Assembly (NCBI GenBank): GCA_029240715.1
Contig: JARDZR010000006.1
Span: 1,104-65,103 of the forward strand
Direction: 5' to 3'
DNA length: 64,000 bases
From: Gammaproteobacteria bacterium
GTDB taxonomy: Bacteria > Pseudomonadota > Gammaproteobacteria > Francisellales > CACEW01
Every line of letters begins with the position of its first letter. Positions within the stretch are counted from its first letter, which is position 1. The translations under genes were made by a program, and so were the position numbers. Shown here piece after piece: positions 25,302 to 33,939 of the stretch. The notes below the pieces were generated by a model that ran no database searches, was not told the DNA's origin, and worked only from the letters and a program-made list of their open reading frames with translations.

Positions 25302-26745
25302 TTCCGATCTGTATCTAGCTTTATGGCAAACCATTTATATGGTGTTTATCTCAAGTTTTTTAAGCCTTATTTTAGGCTTGGGGCTTGGGGTGGCTTTATT
25401 TATCACTCGCCCTAATCAATTATTAGCTTCTCCTTCCTTAAATAAAGTGTTGGGAAGCATAGTGAATATCACTCGCTCGGTGCCTTTTGTAATTTTGATG
25501 ATTGGCATTATTCCCTTAACCAGGCTTTTGGTGGGCAGCACAATCGGTAGCAATGCCGCTATTGTGCCTTTAACTTTAGCGGCCATTCCCTTTTTTGCCA
25601 GAATTGCCGAAACTGCGCTGTCTGAAGTGGACCTCGGTTTAATTGAGGCTGCTGAAGCGATGGGGGCTACTCCCTGGCAAATTATTTTTAAAGTGCTGGT
25701 TCCAGAGGCTTTGCCAAGCCTGATTTCCGGAGCGACTTTGACCATTATCAGCTTAATCAGTTATTCGGCGATGGCTGGGGCAGTAGGCGGAGGAGGATTA
25801 GGAGATTTGGCTATCCGCTATGGCTATCAACGTTTTGATGTGATAGTGATGCTGGAAACCGTTGTCATTCTTGTTATTTTGGTACAAATGGTGCAAATGC
25901 TGGGAGATTATTCGGCCAAACTCCGAAGCTTAAGAGGCTTTGCTGTCTTGAGTATAGTTTTGTGGTTGTGCTGTATATTCGCTTGGTCTTATTCCTATTT
26001 TGCTGCACCTAAACAAGACAGTTTAAAAGTAGGAATTATGTCAGGTACAGAAGAGCAGGTGATGCAGGTGGCGCAGCAAGTTGCGGCCAAGCAGTATAAT
26101 TTAAACCTACAGCTTGTGACTTTTGATGACTATATTTTGCCTAATACGGCCCTTAATTTTGGCAATATTGATGCCAATATTTTCCAAACTATTCCCTATT
26201 TAAATAACCAAATCGCTCAAAGGCATTATCAGATTGCCTGGATTGCCAAAACCTTTGTTTACCCAATGGGCCTGTTCTCTAAAAAATATAATAATCTTAA
26301 CGCCTTGCCATATGGAGCTATCGTAGCGATTCCTAATGACCCTAGCAATGAAGGCAGGGCTTTATTGCTGCTGCAAAAGGCCGGTTTGATTAAACTGAAT
26401 CCAACAGCAGGTTTGTTCGGCACGCCAAGTGATGTGATTAGCAATCCTAAAAATATACAGCTTAAGGCTTTAGACGCCGCTAGTATTCCAAGAGCTTTGC
26501 CTGATGTGGATTTGGCCGCAATTACCAATGACTACGTGGCCCCGTCCGGCTTAAATTTAACTCAGGCCTTATTTAAAGAAGATGCCAGCGCACCCTATGC
26601 CAATATAATTGTGGTGAGAACTCAAGACCAGAACAACCCGCTGCTTCAAAAGCTCGTTGCAGTGATGCATTCGCCTGAAGTCATTAAAGTCACTGCACAG
26701 CTCTATCCAAGTGGCGCGGCGATTCCAGCTTGGACGGCAAGTTGA
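25285..26745 (+). CDS. Fused methionine ABC transporter permease (MetI) and substrate-binding protein (MetQ/NlpA family)
   Basis: Residues 1-215 are collinear with E. coli MetI (RS.PF.IL, VGTSIG..AAIVPLT, EA..AMGATP.QI..KVL.PEALP, YSAM.GAVG.GGLG). A hydrophobic segment follows (FAVLSIVLWLCCIFAW). Residues from about 245 to 486 are collinear with MetQ (KVG.....E..V..VA.....Y.L...LV.F.DY.LPN.AL..G.IDAN.FQ, PNDP.N.GR.LLLLQK.GLIKL, NPKN). There is no stop codon between the parts. Confidence 0.85.
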   Translation: MSQLINSDLYLALWQTIYMVFISSFLSLILGLGLGVALFITRPNQLLASPSLNKVLGSIVNITRSVPFVILMIGIIPLTRLLVGSTIGSNAAIVPLTLAAIPFFARIAETALSEVDLGLIEAAEAMGATPWQIIFKVLVPEALPSLISGATLTIISLISYSAMAGAVGGGGLGDLAIRYGYQRFDVIVMLETVVILVILVQMVQMLGDYSAKLRSLRGFAVLSIVLWLCCIFAWSYSYFAAPKQDSLKVGIMSGTEEQVMQVAQQVAAKQYNLNLQLVTFDDYILPNTALNFGNIDANIFQTIPYLNNQIAQRHYQIAWIAKTFVYPMGLFSKKYNNLNALPYGAIVAIPNDPSNEGRALLLLQKAGLIKLNPTAGLFGTPSDVISNPKNIQLKALDAASIPRALPDVDLAAITNDYVAPSGLNLTQALFKEDASAPYANIIVVRTQDQNNPLLQKLVAVMHSPEVIKVTAQLYPSGAAIPAWTAS

Positions 26746-26746
26746 T

Positions 26747-27358
26747 ATGAAGCCGACACTATTAGCTCTTGATAGCTCAACAGACAGTTGCACGGTGGCT
26801 TTACAGGTTAATGGAAAGTTTTATTCCGAGCATGTTGTTGAGGCCCGTCGTCATAATGAATTGTTGTTAACGATGATTGACTCAGTCATGCAGCAAGCCA
26901 GTATTCAGTTTAGCGAGTTAGATGGCATTGCATTTGGTGCAGGCCCTGGAAGCTTTGTCGGGGTGAGAATTGCCGTTGCCATCGCTCAAGGTTTGAGCTT
27001 TGCTGCAAAAAAGCCTGTCATTCGCTTATCCAGTTTACAGATTATGGCGCAAACTGCTTTAAGAGAGCAGGCTGTTAAACAAGCTCAAGTGATAGTCGAT
27101 GCCAGAATGCAGCAAGCTTATGTTGGCTTATATCAAGAAAACCAAGCTTTGATGTTGCCTATTCAGCCTGATTCCATTCAGCCAATAGATCAAATAAGCC
27201 TTATGCCTGGATTTGCAAAAATTGATGTTCTGCCAAACGCAATGGATATGCTGCCTTTGGCAGAATTTTATTATGCTAAGGGGCAAACATTAAAACCAGA
27301 GCAAGCTTTGCCCATCTATTTGGATGAAGCCAAGCAATGGAAAAAGCTGGGGGCTTAG
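26747..27358 (+). CDS. tsaB: tRNA threonylcarbamoyladenosine biosynthesis protein TsaB
   Basis: ATG 26747 lies 1 nt after the metIQ stop. Motifs LLALDSST..C.VAL, GAGPGSFVGVRIAVAIAQGL and DARM...Y. Confidence 0.85.
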   Translation: MKPTLLALDSSTDSCTVALQVNGKFYSEHVVEARRHNELLLTMIDSVMQQASIQFSELDGIAFGAGPGSFVGVRIAVAIAQGLSFAAKKPVIRLSSLQIMAQTALREQAVKQAQVIVDARMQQAYVGLYQENQALMLPIQPDSIQPIDQISLMPGFAKIDVLPNAMDMLPLAEFYYAKGQTLKPEQALPIYLDEAKQWKKLGA

Positions 27359-27778
27359 TTACTGGTTGCCGGGTTCAGGTGTAAAATGGATCCCGCCTTC
27401 AGCATCAACGTATAGTTTGCTTGTTGCTGCTGTTTCTTCTGCTCTCGCTGCCGCTGGCTCTGTAGGCACGATAGGGCTGTTGAGCATTGCGCCAAACAAA
27501 AGGCTGCTTTTGCTAATCGGGCTAAGTAATGCTTCCAAAGCTTGTCTCTCTGTTAGTTCTCGAACAAATTGAGTAACTCTGCTGTCGTTTGAAACAGAAA
27601 TAGGAAGATAGTTAATTTCTGGGGTGCGTATGACTGAAATGTTCCTGATCGATTCACTAAGATTTTTTATATGTTCATCCATTTTACAGGTATCAAATTG
27701 GACCGTTATGTTAGAGCTTAAGGCACGCACTTCCTCTGTAGCCTGAGCTTCACCTGTTTGAGCATTATTGCCATTCAT
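27359..27778 (-). CDS. Hypothetical protein (third gene of an orphan operon)
   Basis: 139-aa ORF with GGGGAA SD. Its stop codon abuts the tsaB stop with 0 nt between them. No recognisable motif. Confidence 0.5.
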   Translation of the reverse strand: MNGNNAQTGEAQATEEVRALSSNITVQFDTCKMDEHIKNLSESIRNISVIRTPEINYLPISVSNDSRVTQFVRELTERQALEALLSPISKSSLLFGAMLNSPIVPTEPAAARAEETAATSKLYVDAEGGIHFTPEPGNQ

Positions 27779-27794
27779 AGATATTCCCCGTTAA

Positions 27795-28373
27795 TTAACG
27801 ATCGTTGCCGTAAGCCTTATCTTTTCCAGTAGCGGCCTCTGTCAGTAAAGAGTGAGCAGCCTCTGAAGGCATGCCGTCACTACCTTGTCTAAATCGAATA
27901 AAAGCAGCGGCTAGTTGAGCTTGGGCTGCTTTTTCTTCTTGAGCTTGCCGTTGCGCCTCTGCTATAAGTGCCCTGGTCTTAGAGATCAAATCATGATTGT
28001 CTTGCATAATCGCTTTGAACACATCATCGGTTTGATCTGCAAATTCTTTAAAAAGCGCCCAGTGTTTTTCGCTATATAAGCTTATCAATTGCTTGTGAGC
28101 TACTTTGGCAGGGCCGCTGACTGTGCTCTCAGCGCTTAATAAAAGTTTGAGAAAATCTAAATTCTGTTCTTCGGTTAGCGTGATAAACATAACAGATTGA
28201 TCAGGATGAATGCTGTTACTGTTGCATCTTTCTACTAAGTCTTCGAGTTCTCTGATAAAGGGGTCTTTTTTGCAGCAAAGTGCTTGAGCCATTGAGCTGA
28301 ATATAGATTGATTTGCTGCATATTGAGTTAGAACTGCATCAAGGCTATCAATAGCGATTTTAATTCCTGCCAT
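27795..28373 (-). CDS. Hypothetical protein, helical/coiled-coil (second gene of an orphan operon)
   Basis: 192-aa ORF with AAGGAGAAACACC-ATG SD. The C-terminal third is Ala/Gln/Glu-rich (AEAQRQAQEEKAAQAQLAAA). No recognisable motif. Confidence 0.55.
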   Translation of the reverse strand: MAGIKIAIDSLDAVLTQYAANQSIFSSMAQALCCKKDPFIRELEDLVERCNSNSIHPDQSVMFITLTEEQNLDFLKLLLSAESTVSGPAKVAHKQLISLYSEKHWALFKEFADQTDDVFKAIMQDNHDLISKTRALIAEAQRQAQEEKAAQAQLAAAFIRFRQGSDGMPSEAAHSLLTEAATGKDKAYGNDR

Positions 28374-28463
28374 GGTGTTTCTCCTTGTTTGATAGGCACA
28401 TATTAATTTTTCTATGCAATGAATGGAAGCTTAATTAATACTTAGGAATTTTTTCATGATTGC

Positions 28464-28682
28464 TTAAAAACGGTCTGGCGCTGGGCCTTGAGGCGGGCGT
28501 GGAGGAGTGCTAACAAAAGGTGTGACCGCCGCTTTTGGCGTGGCAACTTTTAATGGCCCATCTTGCAATATGATTACATCAGGTGCCTCAGCAGGCATTT
28601 CAACTGCAACCGCTTTTGAGATTTTCAGTAAGGGTTGCCAGACGATAATCGCTGTTTGGCTTGCTGGCTTTTCAGTTGGCAT
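28464..28682 (-). CDS. Hypothetical small Pro/Ala-rich protein (first gene of an orphan operon)
   Basis: 72-aa ORF with AAGGAG 6 nt upstream of the ATG. I prefer it over the antisense 64-aa ORF, which has a GTG start and no spaced SD. Confidence 0.45.
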   Translation of the reverse strand: MPTEKPASQTAIIVWQPLLKISKAVAVEMPAEAPDVIILQDGPLKVATPKAAVTPFVSTPPRPPQGPAPDRF

Positions 28683-28774
28683 ATTGTGCTCCTTTGATTA
28701 AATCCGCTCAATCATACTGAATTTCTTGCCGGAATGTGATAGAATGCCAGCATTTTTTGCAGCTTAGGTTAAAT

Positions 28775-30517
28775 ATGGAAAATCCCAAATTATTAGAAAC
28801 TTATAAGCGTTTGCTTGGCTATATTAAGCCCATGTGGTTAGCGCTTGTTATCGCATTTGCCGGCAATACCACTTATGCAGCGGTCGATTCCTATATTACT
28901 TATTTAATTAAGCCCATCATCAATGATGGCTTTGTAGCAGGAGACCAGCATTTTTTAGCCATGCTGCCTTTTATGGTGGTGGGGCTGTTTTTGCTAAGAG
29001 GCACAGCTGGGGTAGCTTCTACTTATTTTATGGGCTATGTCAGCCGTAAAATTGTATTAACTTTTCGCCAACAAATGTTTCATAAACTAATGAAGTTGCC
29101 AGCGAGTTATTTTGATTTATCTGCTTCTGGTAAGTTGCTTTCAAAAATCACCTACAATGTCGACCAGGTGACTCAGGCTACAGGAGATACTTTAACTACC
29201 GTAGTGCGGCAAGGCTTTACTTTAATTGGTCTTATTATCGTGATGTTTGTGATCAGCTGGAAGTTGACCTTAATCACCTTTTTAATTTTGCCGGTAGTCG
29301 TTGTTTTTGTGAAATATGTCAGTAACCGATTTAGAAAACTGTCTCGTCGCATCCAAAACGGTATGGGAGACGTAGTGCATCTGGCTGAAGAAAGTGTGGT
29401 AGGTTATCGAGAAGTTAAAATTTTTGGGGCTGAGCACCAGCAAAACACGCATTTTGATAAGGCAGTGACCTATAATTTCATTCAAGAAATGAAAATGAAT
29501 TTCACCAATGCTTTAAACTCTCCGGTCATTCAATTTCTTTGCTCATTGATGTTGGCTTTAGTGATTTATCTTTCAGTGGGACGCAATGCTCATATTATTT
29601 CAGCCGGTAGCTTTATCGCTTTTTTTACAGCGATGGGTTCTGCTCTCAAGCCTGTAAGAGATTTAAGTCAGGTCAATAACAACATTTCAAGAGGGGTCAC
29701 GGCTGCTGAGAGCATTTTTGAGCTGTTAGATGAGCCCGAGGAGATCAATCAAGGCAACAAGGTACTCACTCAGGTTAAGGGTGGGCTTGAGTTTAAGCAG
29801 GTCAGCTTTAAGTACCGTCCTGAAAGCGAGTGGGCTTTAAGAAATATCAATCTTTCAATTCCAGCGGGACAAACAGTCGCATTTGTCGGCAAAAGTGGTT
29901 CAGGCAAAAGTACCTTGATGAGCTTAATCGGCCGTTTTTATCAACCAAGCGAAGGGCAAATATGCTTGGACGGAGTCAATATCCAGGAGCTTGCGCTGCC
30001 CAATTTGCGCTCTCATATTGCTTTGGTTTCGCAACATGTGACCTTGTTTGATAACAGTGTTTTTCACAATATTGCTTTTGGGATACGTAACAACGCCAGT
30101 CGTGAAGAGGTGATAGCAGCCTGTAAAGCGGCGTATGCTTGGGACTTCATTCAGGCTTTGCCTCAAGGCTTAGACACTCAGGTAGGCGAAAACGGTCTTA
30201 ATTTATCCGGTGGGCAAAGGCAAAGAGTGGCCATTGCCAGGGCCATTTTAAAAAATGCGCCTATTTTAATCTTGGATGAAGCCACCTCGGCTTTAGACAA
30301 TGAATCGGAAAGGGCCATTCAAATGGCTTTAGACACTTTAAAGAAAGGTCGTACTACTTTAATTGTGGCGCATCGCTTAAGTACTATTGAGCAGTCAGAT
30401 TTAATTGTGGTGATGGAACAAGGTCAAATTAAAGAAACCGGCACTCATATAAGCTTAATGCAAAGTCAGGGTATCTATGCCCAGCTGCATCGGGCCAATA
30501 TTAACTTTGAGGAGTAA
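28775..30517 (+). CDS. msbA: Lipid A export ATP-binding/permease protein MsbA
   Basis: Six-TM ABC exporter domain plus an NBD (GKSGSGKST, LSGGQRQRVAIARA, ILILDEATSALD, AHRLSTI). MENPKLLETYKRLLGYIKP matches the MsbA N-terminus length, so I chose ATG 28775. Confidence 0.85.
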   Translation: MENPKLLETYKRLLGYIKPMWLALVIAFAGNTTYAAVDSYITYLIKPIINDGFVAGDQHFLAMLPFMVVGLFLLRGTAGVASTYFMGYVSRKIVLTFRQQMFHKLMKLPASYFDLSASGKLLSKITYNVDQVTQATGDTLTTVVRQGFTLIGLIIVMFVISWKLTLITFLILPVVVVFVKYVSNRFRKLSRRIQNGMGDVVHLAEESVVGYREVKIFGAEHQQNTHFDKAVTYNFIQEMKMNFTNALNSPVIQFLCSLMLALVIYLSVGRNAHIISAGSFIAFFTAMGSALKPVRDLSQVNNNISRGVTAAESIFELLDEPEEINQGNKVLTQVKGGLEFKQVSFKYRPESEWALRNINLSIPAGQTVAFVGKSGSGKSTLMSLIGRFYQPSEGQICLDGVNIQELALPNLRSHIALVSQHVTLFDNSVFHNIAFGIRNNASREEVIAACKAAYAWDFIQALPQGLDTQVGENGLNLSGGQRQRVAIARAILKNAPILILDEATSALDNESERAIQMALDTLKKGRTTLIVAHRLSTIEQSDLIVVMEQGQIKETGTHISLMQSQGIYAQLHRANINFEE

Positions 30518-30519
30518 GC

Positions 30520-31290
30520 ATGCTTTTATGTCTGGATGTTGGCAATACTCAGGTTTATGCTGGTTTATTTGATGGCGACAAAATTCTATTGCGATTTAGA
30601 AGGACCTCAAAAGATCAGGCCTCTTCGGATGAATATGGTATTTTTTTGCGAACTGCCCTAAGAGAAAATGGTTTTGACCCGTTAAAAGTTAAACATATTG
30701 TAATGTCTTCGGTGGTTCCCGAAATCAATCATTCAGTAGCTTCTGCCTGTATTAAATATTTCGATATAAGGCCGATGGTTTTAGACCAGTCAGCTAAAAC
30801 CGGTTTAAAAATTTGCCTGGACAGCCCCGATAAACTTGGCTCTGATTTACTGGCTAATGCGGTAGGGGCGACTCATTTATATCCCAATCAAAACCTGGTG
30901 GTATTTGATTTTGGTACGGCCAATACCGGTTGCGTGATCAATGCAAAACGTGAATATTTGGGAGGTTTGATTACGCCAGGTCTTAAATTGTCAATGGCCG
31001 CTTTAGAACAGCAAACAGCCCAGCTGCCGACTGTTGAAATCAGAGTGCCTGATGTGATGATCGGCAAGAACACTATTCAATATATTCAAGCTGGCTTGTT
31101 TTACAGTGCTTTGGGCATGGTAAAAGAAGTGGTCAATCAAGTGAAACAGAACGAATTTTCCGGTCAAAAAGTGTTAGTAGTGGGCACGGGAGGTTTTTCT
31201 CGCTTATTTGAAAAGGCAGGGGTATTTGATGTAATAGAACCTGATTTGGTTTTAATCGGATTGCAGCAGGTTTATCAATTGAATTCATAA
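30520..31290 (+). CDS. coaX: Type III pantothenate kinase
   Basis: Motifs LLCLDVGNT, the GSD..AN motif (LGSDLLANAVGA), DFGTA and GTGG. 256 aa, starting 2 nt after the msbA stop. Confidence 0.9.
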   Translation: MLLCLDVGNTQVYAGLFDGDKILLRFRRTSKDQASSDEYGIFLRTALRENGFDPLKVKHIVMSSVVPEINHSVASACIKYFDIRPMVLDQSAKTGLKICLDSPDKLGSDLLANAVGATHLYPNQNLVVFDFGTANTGCVINAKREYLGGLITPGLKLSMAALEQQTAQLPTVEIRVPDVMIGKNTIQYIQAGLFYSALGMVKEVVNQVKQNEFSGQKVLVVGTGGFSRLFEKAGVFDVIEPDLVLIGLQQVYQLNS

Positions 31291-31369
31291 AATGCATTTT
31301 ACTGGGCAGAAAGGCTTTCAAATGCTACAATTCGCAGAACCTAATTGTTAGTAATATAAAAGGGACAAT

Positions 31370-32686
31370 ATGAAACGCTGGACAGCGCTTGCTTTGGTGG
31401 CTTGCCTATCAATGCAGCATGCCTTTGCAGTAGACTTAATGACAGTTTACCAGCAAGCTGTTGCTAATGCGCCCATTTTAAAAAGCGATGCAGCTACCAA
31501 TATGGCGGCGGCAGAAGGGATTCCTATTAATGCATCTGCTTTATTGCCACAGCTCGTTTTTACCGCTAATGCTTCGCAAAGCCAAGTTAAGAACTATGCA
31601 GTCAGCAGCAGTTTCCAAACTCAGAATTATCAGCTACAGCTCTCTCAGCAATTGCTCAATTTGAATAAAGTAGGCAGCCTGCAAAATGCCAAAGCCACTG
31701 CGCAAGCCCAATCAGCTACTTACACTTCACAGCAACAACAGTTTATTTTAACTGTAGCGACTGATTATTTTAATATTTTAGAAGCTCAGGACAACCTTGA
31801 TTTTTCTATTGCTCAGGTAAATTTTTTGGATAAAACCCTTAAGCAAACTAAGCAGAAATTTGAGGTGGGCTTAGCAACTGATACCGATTTAAAACAAGCT
31901 GAAGCCGAATATGACCAGGCTTATGCGACTAAGTTGCAAAATGAAAACGCTTTACAAAATGCCTATGAAGTTTTGGATGAGTTAACCAATCAGCGTGAAT
32001 CTAATTTAGCGACATTAAAATCCAGTTTTCCTTTTGTCAGCCCGCATCCTGCTGTGGTGCAACATTGGATTAATTTAGCTGAAAAAAATAATGCGGCTTT
32101 GCAAGCTCAGCGTTATACCACTTTAGCGGCTTTAAAAAATGTGACGACTAAAGTAGGCAGTCAGTTGCCAACGGTTTCATTAGTGGGGACTTATGGGCAG
32201 ACCCGTTATTCAGGTAATGTGCCGAGTATCGTCACTACCACCTTTAGTCAAAAGGCAGCCACAATTGGCTTGCAGTTAAACTGGACAGTTTTCCAGGGCG
32301 GTTCATTGTTTGCGCAATCTTTGCAAGCGGCCAAACAGTATGAGGCCTCTGAAGATACTCAAGATAACCTTTATCTGCAAACCGTTAGCCAAACCAAGCA
32401 GGATTATTTAAGTGTCATGGCTAATATCAGTTTGGTTGCAGCCTATCGCCAGTCTGTTTTAGCAAACCAACTGTCTTTACAAGAATTTGAAGCTAAATAT
32501 AAAGTGGGCGATGAAACCATTGTTAGCGTGTTAAATGCCGTGCAAAATCTTTATCAGGCCCAACAAAATTTCTCCCAGGCCGAATATCAATATATTTTAA
32601 GTGCTTTACAGCTTAAGTATGATGCAGGAACCTTGGGGGTGGCTGATTTAGCTTACTTGAACTCTTGGTTACAGGTAGCCCATTAA
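31370..32686 (+). CDS. tolC: TolC-family outer membrane channel
   Basis: Signal peptide ending AFA, DL...Y..A...ap in the N-terminus, and two internal OEP repeats with long coiled-coil segments. 438 aa. Confidence 0.85.
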   Translation: MKRWTALALVACLSMQHAFAVDLMTVYQQAVANAPILKSDAATNMAAAEGIPINASALLPQLVFTANASQSQVKNYAVSSSFQTQNYQLQLSQQLLNLNKVGSLQNAKATAQAQSATYTSQQQQFILTVATDYFNILEAQDNLDFSIAQVNFLDKTLKQTKQKFEVGLATDTDLKQAEAEYDQAYATKLQNENALQNAYEVLDELTNQRESNLATLKSSFPFVSPHPAVVQHWINLAEKNNAALQAQRYTTLAALKNVTTKVGSQLPTVSLVGTYGQTRYSGNVPSIVTTTFSQKAATIGLQLNWTVFQGGSLFAQSLQAAKQYEASEDTQDNLYLQTVSQTKQDYLSVMANISLVAAYRQSVLANQLSLQEFEAKYKVGDETIVSVLNAVQNLYQAQQNFSQAEYQYILSALQLKYDAGTLGVADLAYLNSWLQVAH

Positions 32687-32747
32687 GGGCCTTTCTGCAA
32701 CAGGCTCAAGATGAGCTTTCGAACCATATAATTAAAGAGAACTCACT

Positions 32748-33938
32748 ATGTTTACTTCTTTCCTTACAGACCATGCAGTAAAAGCCATTGCATTGCTGCC
32801 GATTGATCAAGCTCATTATAGCGCTTGGCTAAAACAACAAGATGCTCTGACCCAGCAGTGGCTTGCAACGGTCAGCTTCAATGCTGAACCTGGCCAAATT
32901 TGTTGCATACCTGATGCTACAGGCCATATTAAGCAGGTATTAGTAGGGGTCAATCCACAAAATAGCTTGTGGAGTTTAGCCGATTGCCCTAAACAGTTGC
33001 CGGCCGGCTCCTATGAGTTACAAGATCAATTTGCTTTGCTTTGTGCAGAACAAGCCGCTTTAGGCTGGGGCTTGGCTTCTTATCGATTTGACCGCTATAG
33101 CAGCAACAAACAAACTTCCTATCGCCAACTCATAATAGACTCTGCATTGTTGAAAAAAGTCACAGCAGTTTTAGAAGCCTGTTATTGGGTGAGAAATTTA
33201 ATTAATACTCCTGCTGAAGACATGGGGCCGGAACATTTATCTTCCCAAGCCCGTAATCTCGCTGAACGCTATCAGGCCCAGTTTACTGAGATAGTTGGAA
33301 AAGATTTGCTTAATCAGGGCTATGCCGGCATTTATACAGTGGGCCGAGCTGCAGTCCAAGCCCCTCGATTGATTGATATACACTGGGGAAAAAGTTCTGA
33401 CCCTAAAATAACTTTAGTGGGTAAAGGGGTGTGTTTTGACAGCGGCGGCCTTAATTTAAAGCCGGCAGATAATATGCTTTTAATGCGAAAAGATATGGGT
33501 TTGGCAGATGCTCTAAGCGAAGCTTCGCAAGATCATCCTGAGCTTTTGATCGATTTTGCCACCTTAACTGGAGCGGCCAGAATGGCGCTTGGAACTTCCT
33601 TGCCTGCTTTATTTTCCAATCGGGATGAATTGGCTTTTGAAATAGCTAAGCTTTCTAAAGCGGAAAACGATCCCATGTGGCCAATGCCATTATTTGCTCC
33701 CTACAAGCGTTTAATTAAAGGAAAATTTGCTGATTTAACCAACAATCCTGGAACAGGAATGGGAGGGGCAATCACTGCGGCCTTGTTTTTAGAATGCTTT
33801 GTAGATGAAAATATCCCTTGGCTGCATATTGATCTGATGGCTTGGAATGATTCAAACCAGCCTGGGCGCCCTGAAGGAGGAGAAGCAATGGGAATGAGGG
33901 CCTTGTTTGCATACCTGGCTAAGCGTTATATTGCGTAG
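32748..33938 (+). CDS. M17 leucyl-aminopeptidase-family protein with an internal in-frame gap removing the NTDAEGR catalytic core (probable pseudo-enzyme or pseudogene)
   Basis: Motifs N.PAEDMGP, VGKGVCFDSGGLNLKP, MRKDMG, then directly LADAL....P.L.IDFATLTGAA, GGAITAALFL and HIDLMAW. The roughly 60-65 residues that separate DM.GAA from EGRL.LADAL in E. coli PepA, including NTDAEGR, are absent. Confidence 0.8.
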   Translation: MFTSFLTDHAVKAIALLPIDQAHYSAWLKQQDALTQQWLATVSFNAEPGQICCIPDATGHIKQVLVGVNPQNSLWSLADCPKQLPAGSYELQDQFALLCAEQAALGWGLASYRFDRYSSNKQTSYRQLIIDSALLKKVTAVLEACYWVRNLINTPAEDMGPEHLSSQARNLAERYQAQFTEIVGKDLLNQGYAGIYTVGRAAVQAPRLIDIHWGKSSDPKITLVGKGVCFDSGGLNLKPADNMLLMRKDMGLADALSEASQDHPELLIDFATLTGAARMALGTSLPALFSNRDELAFEIAKLSKAENDPMWPMPLFAPYKRLIKGKFADLTNNPGTGMGGAITAALFLECFVDENIPWLHIDLMAWNDSNQPGRPEGGEAMGMRALFAYLAKRYIA

Positions 33939-33939
33939 T

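Noticed and set aside
28507-28701. 64-aa plus-strand ORF antisense to the 72-aa gene.
   Set aside because: It has a GTG start directly abutting GGAGGA with no spacing. The minus-strand ORF has AAGGAG at optimal distance and continues into an operon.
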